Shown in pieces: positions 1-9,236 of a DNA stretch of 64,000 nt (its first letter is position 1; every line of letters begins with the position of its first letter). The stretch comes from Bacilli bacterium (GTDB lineage Bacteria > Bacillota_I > Bacilli_A > RF39 > UBA660): NCBI GenBank assembly GCA_022791775.1, contig JAAVZT010000003.1, positions 103,107 through 167,106 on the forward strand, in the 5' to 3' direction. The notes below the pieces were generated by a model, which saw only the letters and a program-made list of their open reading frames with translations, made no database searches and was not told where the DNA came from. A program made the position numbers and the translations under genes.

Positions 1-276
1 AACGAAGTCATTCAATTTCGAACCATTTTCATTGGCAGTGCTAACCGAAGTATTGTTCATCCAAGAGATATATTTAAAGAAGCAATCAAATATTCAGCCG
101 TTAAAATAATCGTATTACACAATCATCCAAGTGGAGATCCCACTCCATCCAAAGAAGATGCAATCTTTACAAACCGTCTTTTAAAGTCAGGAGAACTCTT
201 ACAAATACCCCTTATTGATCATATTATCATCGGAGCACAAAATTATTACAGTTTTTATGATTCTTGGATGAAATAA
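1..276 (+). CDS. radC: RadC-like JAMM-domain protein, C-terminal fragment (5' end lies outside the window)
   Basis: Frame 1 reads ...IVLHNHPSGDPTPSKEDAIFTNRLL...IDHIII... and stops with TAA at 274-276. The HNHPSG(D/E)xxPSxxD JAMM motif is typical of RadC. Confidence 0.7.
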   Translation, partial: NEVIQFRTIFIGSANRSIVHPRDIFKEAIKYSAVKIIVLHNHPSGDPTPSKEDAIFTNRLLKSGELLQIPLIDHIIIGAQNYYSFYDSWMK

Positions 277-313
277 AATCTAATTTTAGGGTAAGCTACA
301 AATAAGGTGATAA

Positions 314-976
314 ATGATGAAAAAGAAACGGTCTTTTTTTCTATTCTTAGTCTTATTAATGCTATTTATCAGTCAAGAAACAATTTGTGCATGGTTTCAA
401 AAAGATATCACTGTTGAGATTGATACAGTAATGGAACAAAAGATAAGAGAATTAGAAAAAGAATTAACAGATGCGCAGCAAATAATGAACATAAATCGCC
501 CGAATGAAGAGTTACTTTACACAAGACTTCTTCTACGGGATCCCTTTTTATTTTATGACATAATTACCATTCAAAAAGGATCAAAAGAAGGGATTCAAAT
601 AAATGCTGCAATCATAAATGAGCAAGGATTAGTGGGAATCGTAAAAAGTACAAAAGAACATTCAAGTGAAGTGCATTTGATTACAAATCAAAAGACTAAT
701 ATTTCTGTAAAAATAAAGGAAAACTATGGTCTTTTAGAAACTAATTCTAAAAAAGAAGGGTGGATAAAAAATTTGACAAAAGAATGTGACATTCAAATAG
801 GCGATGAGGTTTATACTTCCGGGTTAACAGAAATACCTGCTGGAATATTAATTGGAAAAGTATCTGATTTAAAAGAAGACAATTTAGGGCTTGTAAAAGA
901 AGTGAAAATTGACTTTGCGGCTGATATCGATCACATTTCTTATGTTATCGTATACCAAAAGGAGATGCTTCCATGA
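314..976 (+). CDS. mreC: Rod shape-determining protein MreC
   Basis: 220 aa with an N-terminal TM and a coiled-coil (ELEKELTDAQQ). The C-terminal beta domain carries GLVGIV...GDEVYTSGL...IPAGILIGKV, which is MreC-like. An mreD-like gene follows. Confidence 0.75.
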   Translation: MMKKKRSFFLFLVLLMLFISQETICAWFQKDITVEIDTVMEQKIRELEKELTDAQQIMNINRPNEELLYTRLLLRDPFLFYDIITIQKGSKEGIQINAAIINEQGLVGIVKSTKEHSSEVHLITNQKTNISVKIKENYGLLETNSKKEGWIKNLTKECDIQIGDEVYTSGLTEIPAGILIGKVSDLKEDNLGLVKEVKIDFAADIDHISYVIVYQKEMLP

Positions 977-1356
977 CTTTTTTTCTCCTTGGAGATCTAT
1001 TTTTGATTTTCTTTACCCACCAAATACCGAATTTATTTCTCCTTGGATTTTTAACAGATAAAAAAATTTCTTTCTTTTCTTGGCTTTCCTTTTCTCTTTT
1101 ATACGATGGTCTCATTTATCACACAAAAGGGCTTTTTTTTCTTTTATTTTTTCTATTTTTATTTTTAAAACAATTTCTAAGTTTAAAAAACGTATATTTT
1201 CTTTTTAATTTTTTCATTGTTCTCTTTTATTTCTTTATTAGTATTACAAGTCATACCAATTTTATATATATTTTTCAGAATTATGAAACAATTTTGAATA
1301 TCTTTTTTCTAAATATTTGTATGATTTTCCTCATAAAAAAACACCGAATTTCATAA
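973..1356 (+). CDS. Small polytopic membrane protein, MreD-like by position and hydrophobicity
   Basis: 127 aa and very hydrophobic (F/L-rich). Its start overlaps the mreC stop (ATGA). No diagnostic motif. Confidence 0.4.
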   Translation: MTFFLLGDLFLIFFTHQIPNLFLLGFLTDKKISFFSWLSFSLLYDGLIYHTKGLFFLLFFLFLFLKQFLSLKNVYFLFNFFIVLFYFFISITSHTNFIYIFQNYETILNIFFLNICMIFLIKKHRIS

Positions 1357-1374
1357 AATTCAACAGGTGATAGT

Positions 1375-2013
1375 ATGGATGAAATCGAATATCAAAAAAT
1401 GCGTTTAAAAAGAAAACATCAAACAAAAAGTAATATTTTTACTCCCAAAGGTCATAAAAATATTCGAAATCAAGAATTAGAGAAAACGATTTCTCGTTTT
1501 TTACTAGCAGTAATTGTTGTCTTATTAAGTACCATTTATGTTAATTGGTCAAGTACCAACAAAGAAATATTTCGCCAAAATGTATTTGAAAAAAATTTAT
1601 CCTTTACCAAAATAAATGCTTGGTATGAAAATTTATTTGGAAGTGTTTTACCAATCGATTTAAATTTGGGATCCAATACAATGGTCGGCAATCTTACTAA
1701 TGATTTTTTAAAGGTAAGCAAATATCATGATGGCGTAATGGCAAGTACCTCAAAAGAAAGTGCTATTCAGACGTTAAATAGCGGAATTGTCGTTTTTATT
1801 GGAGAAAAAGAACATTATAATAATACCATTATTATTCAAGGAATTGATGGCGTAGATATTTGGTATGGCAATGTGACAAATGTATCAGTAAATCTTTATG
1901 ATTATGTAGAAAAAAATACCTTACTAGGGAGTGCAATGGAAGACCATATTTACTTTGTTCTCCAAAAAGAAGGGCAATACTTAGATTATGAAGAATATAA
2001 AAGCCAAATTTAA
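1375..2013 (+). CDS. SpoIVFA-like membrane protein with a degenerate M23/LytM domain
   Basis: N-terminal basic region plus one TM. The C-terminus (IVVFIGEKEHYNNTIIIQGIDGVDIWYGNV...HIYFVLQKEG) is M23-like without a complete metal site. It sits directly upstream of an M50 site-2 protease, as spoIVFA-spoIVFB do in Bacillus. Confidence 0.5.
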   Translation: MDEIEYQKMRLKRKHQTKSNIFTPKGHKNIRNQELEKTISRFLLAVIVVLLSTIYVNWSSTNKEIFRQNVFEKNLSFTKINAWYENLFGSVLPIDLNLGSNTMVGNLTNDFLKVSKYHDGVMASTSKESAIQTLNSGIVVFIGEKEHYNNTIIIQGIDGVDIWYGNVTNVSVNLYDYVEKNTLLGSAMEDHIYFVLQKEGQYLDYEEYKSQI

Positions 2014-2806
2014 AATAAATTCCTGTACTTATTTTTTAATATTAATGGCTTTATTTTCGGGTTTTTTTAAAAATATTATTGTAATTCTAACCATCGTAAT
2101 CTTTCATGAACTAGGACATATCTTGATTTTAAAGCATTATGAATACGAGATAGAGTCGGTAGAAATATATCCATTTGGTGGAATTACTAAGGTTAACAAA
2201 CCCATTAATACACCCATAAAAAAAGAATTTTTCATTGCTTGTGGAGGAGTTTTGTTTCAGCTAATTTTAATCCTCATCTATCAAATTTGTTATCGAAATG
2301 GTTGGATCAATGATTATACTTATCTCCTTTTTCAAACTTACAATAAAGCTATTTTGATATTTAATTTATTACCCATGATACCCTTAGATGGAAGTGTTTT
2401 AGTTCACTCTTTACTAGAACGGTTCTTTTCTTACCAAAAAGCTTATTATCTTCATTTATGGATTTCTTTAGTTTCTCTTCTAATCTTTACAGTGGGACAT
2501 TTACTGAAAAGCTTAAATAATTATATGATTTTAACATTTCTGTTTTATAAAATATATGATGCTTATCAAAAACGCCTTTATTATCAAAATCGTTTTTATT
2601 TAGAGCGTTATCTATACAATTTTCCCTATATCGAGATAAAAAGTCATCCAAAATTTAATTTAAATTCTTTAAAAAAAGATACATTACATTTTTTTTGGCA
2701 AAATGATCGATATTTACATGAAAAAGAATTCTTAAAGCAGAAATTTACCATGGAAAAAAAATCTCTTTTTTCCCAATCGAAAATTGACAGAACAAGAATT
2801 CTTTGA
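1988..2806 (+). CDS. spoIVFB: Site-2 (M50B) intramembrane metalloprotease, SpoIVFB-like
   Basis: HELGH motif within a TM helix, followed by NLLPMIPLDGS (the LDG motif of S2P). 272 aa, polytopic. Position matches Bacillus (mreCD ... spoIVFA/B ... rplU). Confidence 0.65.
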   Translation: MKNIKAKFKINSCTYFLILMALFSGFFKNIIVILTIVIFHELGHILILKHYEYEIESVEIYPFGGITKVNKPINTPIKKEFFIACGGVLFQLILILIYQICYRNGWINDYTYLLFQTYNKAILIFNLLPMIPLDGSVLVHSLLERFFSYQKAYYLHLWISLVSLLIFTVGHLLKSLNNYMILTFLFYKIYDAYQKRLYYQNRFYLERYLYNFPYIEIKSHPKFNLNSLKKDTLHFFWQNDRYLHEKEFLKQKFTMEKKSLFSQSKIDRTRIL

Positions 2807-2820
2807 TAAACTAACGATGT

Positions 2821-2915
2821 TTTGAAAAGTCGTTTGGCTTTCAAAAACCGCTCGAAATAGGTTTTAAAACAAAATGTTACCTTTGTTCGGCGCGTCTTAA
2901 ATATAATAAAGGAGG
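2821..2915 (+). promoter_or_regulatory. 5' leader of the rplU-prp-rpmA operon with a hairpin (TTTGAAA-N11-TTTCAAA at 2821-2845); possible L21-leader-type element
   Basis: A ~110-nt untranslated region sits before a strong RBS (AAGGAGG at 2910-2916). The inverted repeat is visible directly. Firmicutes carry a structured leader RNA upstream of rplU. Confidence 0.3.
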
Positions 2916-2921
2916 TATGAA

Positions 2922-3224
2922 ATGAAAGCTATATTTGTTACAGGTGGAAAACAATATTATGTATCAGAAGGCGATACCATTTATGTAGAAAAGCTAGCAA
3001 ATGAAGTAGGAAGTGAAGTTAGCTTTGAAACTGTTTTATTTGTAGATGGAAAAGCAGGGAATCCTTATGTGGACAAAGCCAAAGTTGTTTGTACAGTAGA
3101 ACGCCATGGTCGTCAAAAGAAGATTGTGGTCTTCAAATATCGTCCAAAGAAAAAATATCGCAAAAAACAAGGACATAGACAACCATATACAAAATTAACT
3201 GTGAAAAAAATTGAAGTGAAGTAA
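2922..3224 (+). CDS. rplU: 50S ribosomal protein L21
   Basis: [25 protein letters not shown]... has the typical L21 N-terminus. 100 aa. Confidence 0.9.
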   Translation: MKAIFVTGGKQYYVSEGDTIYVEKLANEVGSEVSFETVLFVDGKAGNPYVDKAKVVCTVERHGRQKKIVVFKYRPKKKYRKKQGHRQPYTKLTVKKIEVK

Positions 3225-3225
3225 T

Positions 3226-3543
3226 ATGATTCACATAACCTTAAAGAGAAAAAATCAAATCGTAACAGAAATTTATTTAAAAGGTCATGCCTTGTATGAG
3301 GATTATGGTAAAGATATCGTTTGTGCTGGAGTATCCGCTATTTTAACAACTACGATTAACGGAATTTTAAAAATAAAGGAAAATGCAATTACATATCTTC
3401 AAAAAAAAGATTTTTTTCAAATTACGATTCAGAGTCAGGATAATGTTACAAAAGCTCTAATTGAAAATATGTTGGATTTATTTCAAGAGTTAGCAAAAAC
3501 ATATCCAAAAAATATTAAGATAGAAGGTGAGGAAGAAACATGA
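3226..3543 (+). CDS. prp: Ribosomal-processing cysteine protease Prp (YsxB family)
   Basis: 105 aa with the conserved DIVCAGVSA Cys motif. It lies between rplU and rpmA as in Bacillus and Staphylococcus. Confidence 0.8.
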   Translation: MIHITLKRKNQIVTEIYLKGHALYEDYGKDIVCAGVSAILTTTINGILKIKENAITYLQKKDFFQITIQSQDNVTKALIENMLDLFQELAKTYPKNIKIEGEEET

Positions 3544-3827
3544 GATTGATGAGTTTAAATTTACAATTATTCGCTCACAAAAAAGCACAAACTTCTACAC
3601 AAAACGGTCGTGATTCCAAAGGTCGCCGTTTAGGAGCAAAAGCAAGTGACGGACAATTAATATCTGCAGGATCTATCATTTATCGTCAACGTGGAACAAA
3701 GATTTATCCAGGAGAAAATGTAGGAATGGGAAAAGACCATACCTTATTTGCAAAAATCAAAGGATATGTCAAATTTGAACGTTTAGGAAGAGATAAAAAG
3801 AAAGTAAGTGTTTACGAAACAAAGTAA
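3540..3827 (+). CDS. rpmA: 50S ribosomal protein L27, with the Prp-cleaved N-terminal extension
   Basis: ...[32 protein letters not shown]...[23 protein letters not shown] matches the L27 consensus, including the FAHKK Prp cleavage context. Confidence 0.9.
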   Translation: MRLMSLNLQLFAHKKAQTSTQNGRDSKGRRLGAKASDGQLISAGSIIYRQRGTKIYPGENVGMGKDHTLFAKIKGYVKFERLGRDKKKVSVYETK

Positions 3828-3842
3828 ACACTTTTTTGATAC

Positions 3843-3871
3843 TTGACAATTTTAAACTCCATGATAGAATA
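3843..3871 (+). promoter_or_regulatory. SigmaA-type promoter (TTGACA-16-TAGAAT) upstream of the first paralog gene
   Basis: TTGACA at 3843-3848, a 16-nt spacer, then TAGAAT. An RBS (GCGGGTG) and the ATG at 3886 follow. Confidence 0.45.
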
Positions 3872-3885
3872 AGCGGGTGATAAAT

Positions 3886-4833
3886 ATGAAACAAAAAAAA
3901 TTAAACAATTTACTAAAAGATTTAATGCGTTTAAGTTATAACTTACAAAATTGTTATAATGCCTTAAAAATAGCCGAAGAAAAAAATGAATCAAATGATA
4001 TTTGGAAGCAGAAAAAGAATATTCAACTAATTTTAGAATATGAAGCCAAAATATATCAAGCGTTATATCAAAGTGAGTCGATCGATTCGATTCAAAAAAA
4101 GATCCACGCTTTATTTTGCTTAAAAGAAATAAATCTTTGGAATTTAAAGGAAATAAATCCATTAGATATGCCCCTATATCGCATTATAAATCAAGTTGCA
4201 TTTGACCAAAATTGGTTTCAAATTCCAAAAGAAGTCGCAAGTGTTTTAGATTACGATTTTTTCTTTGATGAAGAAATCATGAGAGAGGCCCACCGTTTTT
4301 ACCAAAATACCATGCAATTAGCCAATCAAATTAGTTTATGGAAATTAGAACAAGCAAATATCCACTATTATGAATTATTAAACCAAAACAATAAAGCGGA
4401 ATGCTACCGTTTTCTCCTTATAAATCGAAGAGTAGAATCCTTTGTTTTAAATCAAAGTAGTTTATCATTTTCTAAAGGCAAAATAGAAAAGTGGTTCTTA
4501 GATGAGAGAGAAAAAATCACAACGGATCCTGAGATTATCTCGATGGGTGACGATATGTTTATGTCTTATTATTTGCAAATGTTTCGTGTTTTCATAAACG
4601 GAGTTATAAATTCGCCTAATTTAAATCACTTATATCAATCAAATATTTATTTATACATCCAAGCTAATTTCAAAGTATTAACTATAGAAAATCAAATTCA
4701 TATTCTAACTTTATTAGATGGTTATATTAGTCTTTTAGATTATCAAAGAGAATTTTTAAAATTATTAAAAGAAGAATTACAAAAAGAATATCAGGAGAAT
4801 AAAATAAAAAAAAGAATTGACAAAACAAATTAG
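3886..4833 (+). CDS. Hypothetical helical protein, paralog A of a tandem pair
   Basis: ~315 aa. A more likely start is the ATG at 3886 (MKQKK) with an RBS upstream; the ORF track starts at a GTG at 3877. No recognisable catalytic motif. Clear paralogy with the next gene (LNNLLKDLMRLSYNLQN vs LKNSLKEIMLLSYNVKK; NLW../NIWY; DMPLYR/DIPLLR). Confidence 0.55.
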   Translation: MKQKKLNNLLKDLMRLSYNLQNCYNALKIAEEKNESNDIWKQKKNIQLILEYEAKIYQALYQSESIDSIQKKIHALFCLKEINLWNLKEINPLDMPLYRIINQVAFDQNWFQIPKEVASVLDYDFFFDEEIMREAHRFYQNTMQLANQISLWKLEQANIHYYELLNQNNKAECYRFLLINRRVESFVLNQSSLSFSKGKIEKWFLDEREKITTDPEIISMGDDMFMSYYLQMFRVFINGVINSPNLNHLYQSNIYLYIQANFKVLTIENQIHILTLLDGYISLLDYQREFLKLLKEELQKEYQENKIKKRIDKTN

Positions 4834-4851
4834 AATGTTAAAATAAATGCC

Positions 4852-5805
4852 GTGATGGAAATGAAAAAAGAGCAATTAAAAAACAGTTTAAAAGAAATTA
4901 TGCTACTGAGTTATAATGTTAAGAAACGATACCAAAAAATAATTGAAGCCAAAAATAAAAATAATCATCGAGAACTAGCGAAAGAAATTGAATATTTAAA
5001 AATGGCAATTGATTATGAGAATAAAATATATGATAAGGTCATAGCGAGTCCATACCTAGAAGAATTTGAAACAAGTTTAAACCAAATAACATGTTTACCT
5101 GTTAGAAATATATTTTATGAAAATTTAGAGATATCTACATTAGATATACCATTATTAAGACCCCTAAATTATATTTCTTTTCTAAACATATGGTATGAAA
5201 AAATACCTGTGATATCATTAGAAGAAACATCAGAGGAAATGATTGCAAATATTCAAAAATCTTTTCAAATTGCTAATCAACTTAATTTACTAAAAAATCA
5301 AAAACAAGTATTATATTATGATTATCTTTTGTCTAAACAAGCGCAATATAATCGTAAGTACGAAAGACTAAGATATCGCAATATTTTTTTATTAAAAGAA
5401 TTAGAAGAACAAATGTTAAAAAGAAATTTTCGGCCTTATAACCCAGCTGAAATAGAAGCTCAATATCAAACTCAACTACAGTTTTATCGTAATGAAATCG
5501 ATCCTATGATGATAGAAGATATAAATGCGAACTTTTTAATGGACTTTCGAGCTGAAGTCATAAACTTAGAAGAAGACATCACGAATAAAGTAGAATTTTC
5601 TTGGTCCTTACGATTAACATATCTGATTTCATTTTTCTTGGTTTTATCAGAAGAAGATCAACTTAATGTATTAGAAGACCTAGAAAAAACAATTATGACC
5701 GCAGAAGATCCTAAAATAATCCAAACATATACAAGTCTTGCAGATGCGATAGATAGATGCCAGGAAGAAATCAAAGCAGAACAAAATCGAAAAAAACGTC
5801 AATAA
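4852..5805 (+). CDS. Hypothetical helical protein, paralog B of the tandem pair
   Basis: 317 aa and collinear with paralog A at roughly 30% identity by eye. It occupies the slot that spo0B holds between rpmA and obg in Bacillus. The early helices lack a His conserved between the two copies. Confidence 0.55.
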   Translation: MMEMKKEQLKNSLKEIMLLSYNVKKRYQKIIEAKNKNNHRELAKEIEYLKMAIDYENKIYDKVIASPYLEEFETSLNQITCLPVRNIFYENLEISTLDIPLLRPLNYISFLNIWYEKIPVISLEETSEEMIANIQKSFQIANQLNLLKNQKQVLYYDYLLSKQAQYNRKYERLRYRNIFLLKELEEQMLKRNFRPYNPAEIEAQYQTQLQFYRNEIDPMMIEDINANFLMDFRAEVINLEEDITNKVEFSWSLRLTYLISFFLVLSEEDQLNVLEDLEKTIMTAEDPKIIQTYTSLADAIDRCQEEIKAEQNRKKRQ

Positions 5806-5926
5806 ATTGCCAACTATTCAAACAAACCTCTTTATGATAAGATAAATATGTAATAGAATAAATGTAGAATCAGAAAGGGGAGAATGAACTATGTGGGCAT
5901 GGCTAAGAAGATTTTTATAATAGATT

Positions 5927-5954
5927 AAGCTTTCAATAGAAAGCTTTTTCTTTG
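5927..5954 (+). terminator. Rho-independent terminator (AAGCTTTC-AATA-GAAAGCTT followed by a T-run)
   Basis: A perfect 8-bp stem with a 4-nt loop, followed by TTTCTTTG. It sits downstream of paralog B. Confidence 0.6.
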
Positions 5955-6033
5955 TCTAAAATTGTAAACGAAATGAAATTAGACTTGGTCTTTTTTGGAT
6001 GGAACGATAAAATATACATAAGGAAGTGAGAAT

Positions 6034-6714
6034 ATGTTAAAAAATCAAGTGTTATTAAAAACGGTTAGTTTATATTTAATTTATTTTGTCTATACCTATT
6101 TTACAGGTTATCTAGTTCAAATGCTATCCTTTGTAAATGACACTTTAATAAAAATGTTATTAGATTTTGCATTTTTGGTTTTAATGATTATCATGTATCA
6201 AAAAAACTTAAAAGAAGAAGTCAAAGATTTAAAAAAGAATTATAAAATAGGACGTATCGTCAAAATTGTATTATTAGGAGTTGGAGCTACATTTCTTTTA
6301 AATATTGTCATGGGAGCAATTAGTGAAGCTATTTATCCAAATCTAGCTGCTGATCAAAATACTCAAGCTATTCAAAATTTGGCAAGTATTTCAATGCTTT
6401 ACACCATTTTTAAAACCATGTTTTTTGGGGTAATAGCAGAAGAATTATTATTTCGCGAATCCTTAAGTGAATGCGTAGAAAATAATGGATTATTTATCTT
6501 ATTAAGTGCGATCATTTATACTGCCATGAACTTTGTATTTGCTAGTAATTTAAATTCAGAAACTTTATTTATGGAACTAGCTATTTATTTTCTTCCTGCT
6601 TTATTATTTAGTTTTCTTTATGTCAAAAATAAGCGAAATATTATTTTAATTATGTTAATGAAATTTGTTTATAACTTTGTCCCATTGATTATTTTAATAG
6701 CAGATTTAGTATAA
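6034..6714 (+). CDS. CPBP (CAAX protease/Abi)-like polytopic membrane protein lacking the conserved His residues
   Basis: 226 aa with about 6 TM helices. Motif-1-like GVIAEELLFRE (EExxxR) is present. The whole protein contains no His, so CPBP motifs 2 and 3 (FxxxH, HxxxN) are absent. It is probably non-catalytic or very divergent. Confidence 0.4.
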   Translation: MLKNQVLLKTVSLYLIYFVYTYFTGYLVQMLSFVNDTLIKMLLDFAFLVLMIIMYQKNLKEEVKDLKKNYKIGRIVKIVLLGVGATFLLNIVMGAISEAIYPNLAADQNTQAIQNLASISMLYTIFKTMFFGVIAEELLFRESLSECVENNGLFILLSAIIYTAMNFVFASNLNSETLFMELAIYFLPALLFSFLYVKNKRNIILIMLMKFVYNFVPLIILIADLV

Positions 6715-6765
6715 AATAGGGGAAAGAATACAATAATAAAAAAAGAGTAAAAAGGAAGTGAGAAT

Positions 6766-7458
6766 TTGTCTAAAAAAGCCAAAGAATATGGTTTCATGAT
6801 TGTCCTGACTTTAGGAATTATTTGTTGTGGAATCTTAATTTCAAAGACATTTATAAGAACACCAGAAATTCCAACCAAAGAAAAACAAATAGCTTCCATA
6901 AACGAAAAGACGGGTACTGAAATTCAAAAATTAGAAACCGAAGATTACTATTATTATACAGTAGAAGATTTTGATCGGGAATTAAGCTATTCTTGGAAGT
7001 TTCAAAAAGAAAAGGGAAAAAATATTTCTGTCGAAGAAAGTTTAAACATTGATGCAGATTTACGGCTGTCCTTAAATGCCATAACCAAAGATACGCAAGA
7101 AATTGAAAACCGAGTAGAGCAAAATAAATTAATTATTACCTTTGATCATCATGGAGAATTGCCCCTAGAAGCAACCGTTAAACTAAATGTTAAAAAAAGA
7201 TTTGCCAATCACGAAAAATTATATTTATATTATTACAATCCTGAAGAAGATCAAATTGAATACATTGCTCATAATGTAGAAGTAAAAGATGGATATGTTG
7301 AATTTACCATTTCTCATTGTTCGGATTATTTTTTAACTGCCGCTGTTGTAAATGACGCTGTTGGTAATCCAAAAAGTTTAAATTATATTATTATTGGTTT
7401 AGTCGTAATTGTCTTTATTTTAATTGCAGTTACCTTAGTTCAATCCAAAAATAAATAA
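6766..7458 (+). CDS. Hypothetical bitopic membrane/surface protein
   Basis: 230 aa with an N-terminal TM (MIVLTLGIICCGILI) and a C-terminal TM (IIIGLVVIVFILIAVTLV). The segment between them is hydrophilic. No known motif. Confidence 0.45.
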   Translation: MSKKAKEYGFMIVLTLGIICCGILISKTFIRTPEIPTKEKQIASINEKTGTEIQKLETEDYYYYTVEDFDRELSYSWKFQKEKGKNISVEESLNIDADLRLSLNAITKDTQEIENRVEQNKLIITFDHHGELPLEATVKLNVKKRFANHEKLYLYYYNPEEDQIEYIAHNVEVKDGYVEFTISHCSDYFLTAAVVNDAVGNPKSLNYIIIGLVVIVFILIAVTLVQSKNK

Positions 7459-7519
7459 GACTCTGTCTTTTTTTTTTAAGAAAAAAATGGTAGAATAAAC
7501 GAATGAAAGGGAATAAATT

Positions 7520-8794
7520 ATGTTTGTTGATCTTGTAAAAATGAAATTAATTGCAGGAAGTGGTGGAAATGGCTGTACTGCTTTTCGAAGAGAAAAATAT
7601 GTTCCCATGGGTGGACCTGATGGTGGAAATGGTGGCAAAGGTGGCGACATTATTTTTAAAGTAGAAAAGGGTTTAAAAACATTAGTTGATCTAAAATACC
7701 ATAAGATTTTAAAAGCAAAAAAAGGAGAAAATGGTAAAGGAAGCAGTATGCACGGGAAAAAGGCAGAAGACATCATCGTGAAAGTGCCAGCTGGAACAAC
7801 TATTTTTGATGATGATTCTAGTTTAATATTAGCAGATTTATTAGAAGATCAAGAGGAATTCGTTGTAGCTAAAGGCGGTCGCGGAGGAAGAGGAAATAAA
7901 GCATTTGCAACTCAAAATGAACCGGCACCGAAATTTAGTGAATTGGGAGAGCCAGGAGAAATTCGTTATATTCGGTGTGAATTAAAAGTGTTAGCAGATG
8001 TTGGCTTAATTGGTATGCCAAGTGTGGGAAAAAGTACAATTTTAAGTCAAGTGAGTAATGCAAATCCCAAAATAGCTTCCTATCATTTTACAACGTTATC
8101 TCCAAATCTAGGACTAGTAAAATTAAAAGATGAACGATCTTTTGTCATTGCCGATCTTCCAGGATTAATTGAAGGTGCCCATGAAGGCGTAGGTCTTGGA
8201 ATTCAATTTTTGAAACACGCCATGCGAACCCGAATTTTAGCTCACGTAATTGATATGGCTGGAACTGAAGGAAGAAAGCCCTGGGAAGACTACACCTTAA
8301 TTCGCAAAGAAATGGAAAAATATCAAAAAGAATTAGCAGAAAAAAAAGAAATTGTAGTTGCGAATAAAATGGATGGAGAAAATTTTAAAGAAAATTTAAA
8401 GCTATTTAAAGAAAAATATCCGAATGTAAAAGTATTTGAAATCAGTGCTTTGAATAATCAAGGATTAGAAGAATTAATGAATTATTTTGCTGATTTATTA
8501 AAGACCATAGAAAAACAAGATATTTATGACGAAAAAGATTATGAAAGTACAGTAATTTATAAATTTCAAAATGAAAAGCCATATACAATTACGAAAGATC
8601 AAGATATTTGGATTTTAAAAGGCAAAGAAATTGAAAAGCTATTTTTGATGACTCGTTGGGAAGAAGAAGACGCTCAGCTTCGCTTTGCTAGAAAATTAAA
8701 AGGAATGAAAGTAGAAGAAGAATTAGAACGACTAGGAGCGAGAAGAGGAGATGAAGTAAAAATATTAGATTATATCTTCGTCTTCAAAGAATAA
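7520..8794 (+). CDS. obg: GTPase Obg (ObgE/CgtA)
   Basis: MFVDLVKMKLIAGSGGNGCTAFRREKYVPMGGPDGGNGGKGGDIIF is the Gly-rich Obg fold signature. G1-G4 motifs are present (GMPSVGKST, DLPG, NKMD). C-terminal OCT domain present. Confidence 0.92.
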   Translation: MFVDLVKMKLIAGSGGNGCTAFRREKYVPMGGPDGGNGGKGGDIIFKVEKGLKTLVDLKYHKILKAKKGENGKGSSMHGKKAEDIIVKVPAGTTIFDDDSSLILADLLEDQEEFVVAKGGRGGRGNKAFATQNEPAPKFSELGEPGEIRYIRCELKVLADVGLIGMPSVGKSTILSQVSNANPKIASYHFTTLSPNLGLVKLKDERSFVIADLPGLIEGAHEGVGLGIQFLKHAMRTRILAHVIDMAGTEGRKPWEDYTLIRKEMEKYQKELAEKKEIVVANKMDGENFKENLKLFKEKYPNVKVFEISALNNQGLEELMNYFADLLKTIEKQDIYDEKDYESTVIYKFQNEKPYTITKDQDIWILKGKEIEKLFLMTRWEEEDAQLRFARKLKGMKVEEELERLGARRGDEVKILDYIFVFKE

Positions 8795-9106
8795 ATGCTC
8801 ATTTAATTGAATCGACAAACTAGTATTTTGAGGCAATTCTAATATACTAGTTTTTTTAATGGGAAAATTTAATTTTAAAATTTGATTTTTCGGAAGATTG
8901 CGGTAAATATAAATCACTTTATTTTCTAAGTTTAAACCAATTACATCAATTGGTTCTTTCATAAAAAAAGTATGAATGGCATTACAATTTGGAAAAAGCA
9001 TTCCGTAATGAAAATTAGACTGGCCCATTAAACCCCAAAAACGTTCTGAAATAGAAAGGGCTTTTTTTATCAATATTCTTTGATTTTCTAAATTAAGATA
9101 CATCAT
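8765..9106 (-). CDS. DUF192-family protein (COG1430)
   Basis: 113 aa containing RFWGLMGQ...GMLFPN...IHTFFMKEPIDVIGLN...ILELP, a match to the DUF192 pattern. It converges on obg and overlaps its 3' end by 30 nt. Confidence 0.55.
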   Translation of the reverse strand: MMYLNLENQRILIKKALSISERFWGLMGQSNFHYGMLFPNCNAIHTFFMKEPIDVIGLNLENKVIYIYRNLPKNQILKLNFPIKKTSILELPQNTSLSIQLNEHLFFEDEDII

Positions 9107-9236
9107 ATCACCTTAACAAATTATATCAAAAATAAAGCTATTTATACGAAAAAATAAAAAAAATCAAAATAAAGATAGCAATCTAAAAATGATTATGCTA
9201 TACTTTTAATAGACTAGAAAATAAAGGGTGTATGTT

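Noticed and set aside
1536-1721. Many short minus-strand ORFs nested inside long plus-strand genes, for example 1536-1721, 13274-13594, 21280-21635, 33151-33342, 53292-53734, 59688-60113, 60552-60854 and 61247-62578
   Set aside because: Each lies entirely within a well-supported plus-strand CDS with strong family motifs. They have low-complexity or AT-rich translations and no RBS. They are shadow ORFs.
3877-5805. Calling the tandem paralogs Spo0B on positional grounds
   Set aside because: Both are ~315 aa, against ~190 for Spo0B. No His is conserved between the two copies in the N-terminal helices. No ATPase-like C-domain motif is recognisable. Position alone is insufficient.
8819-8862. Hairpin AACTAGTAT-N17-ATACTAGTT + T-run as the obg terminator
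   Set aside because: It lies inside the conserved C-terminal coding region (..TSILELPQNTS..) of the convergent DUF192 gene. It may still terminate obg, but I cannot separate that role from coding constraint.
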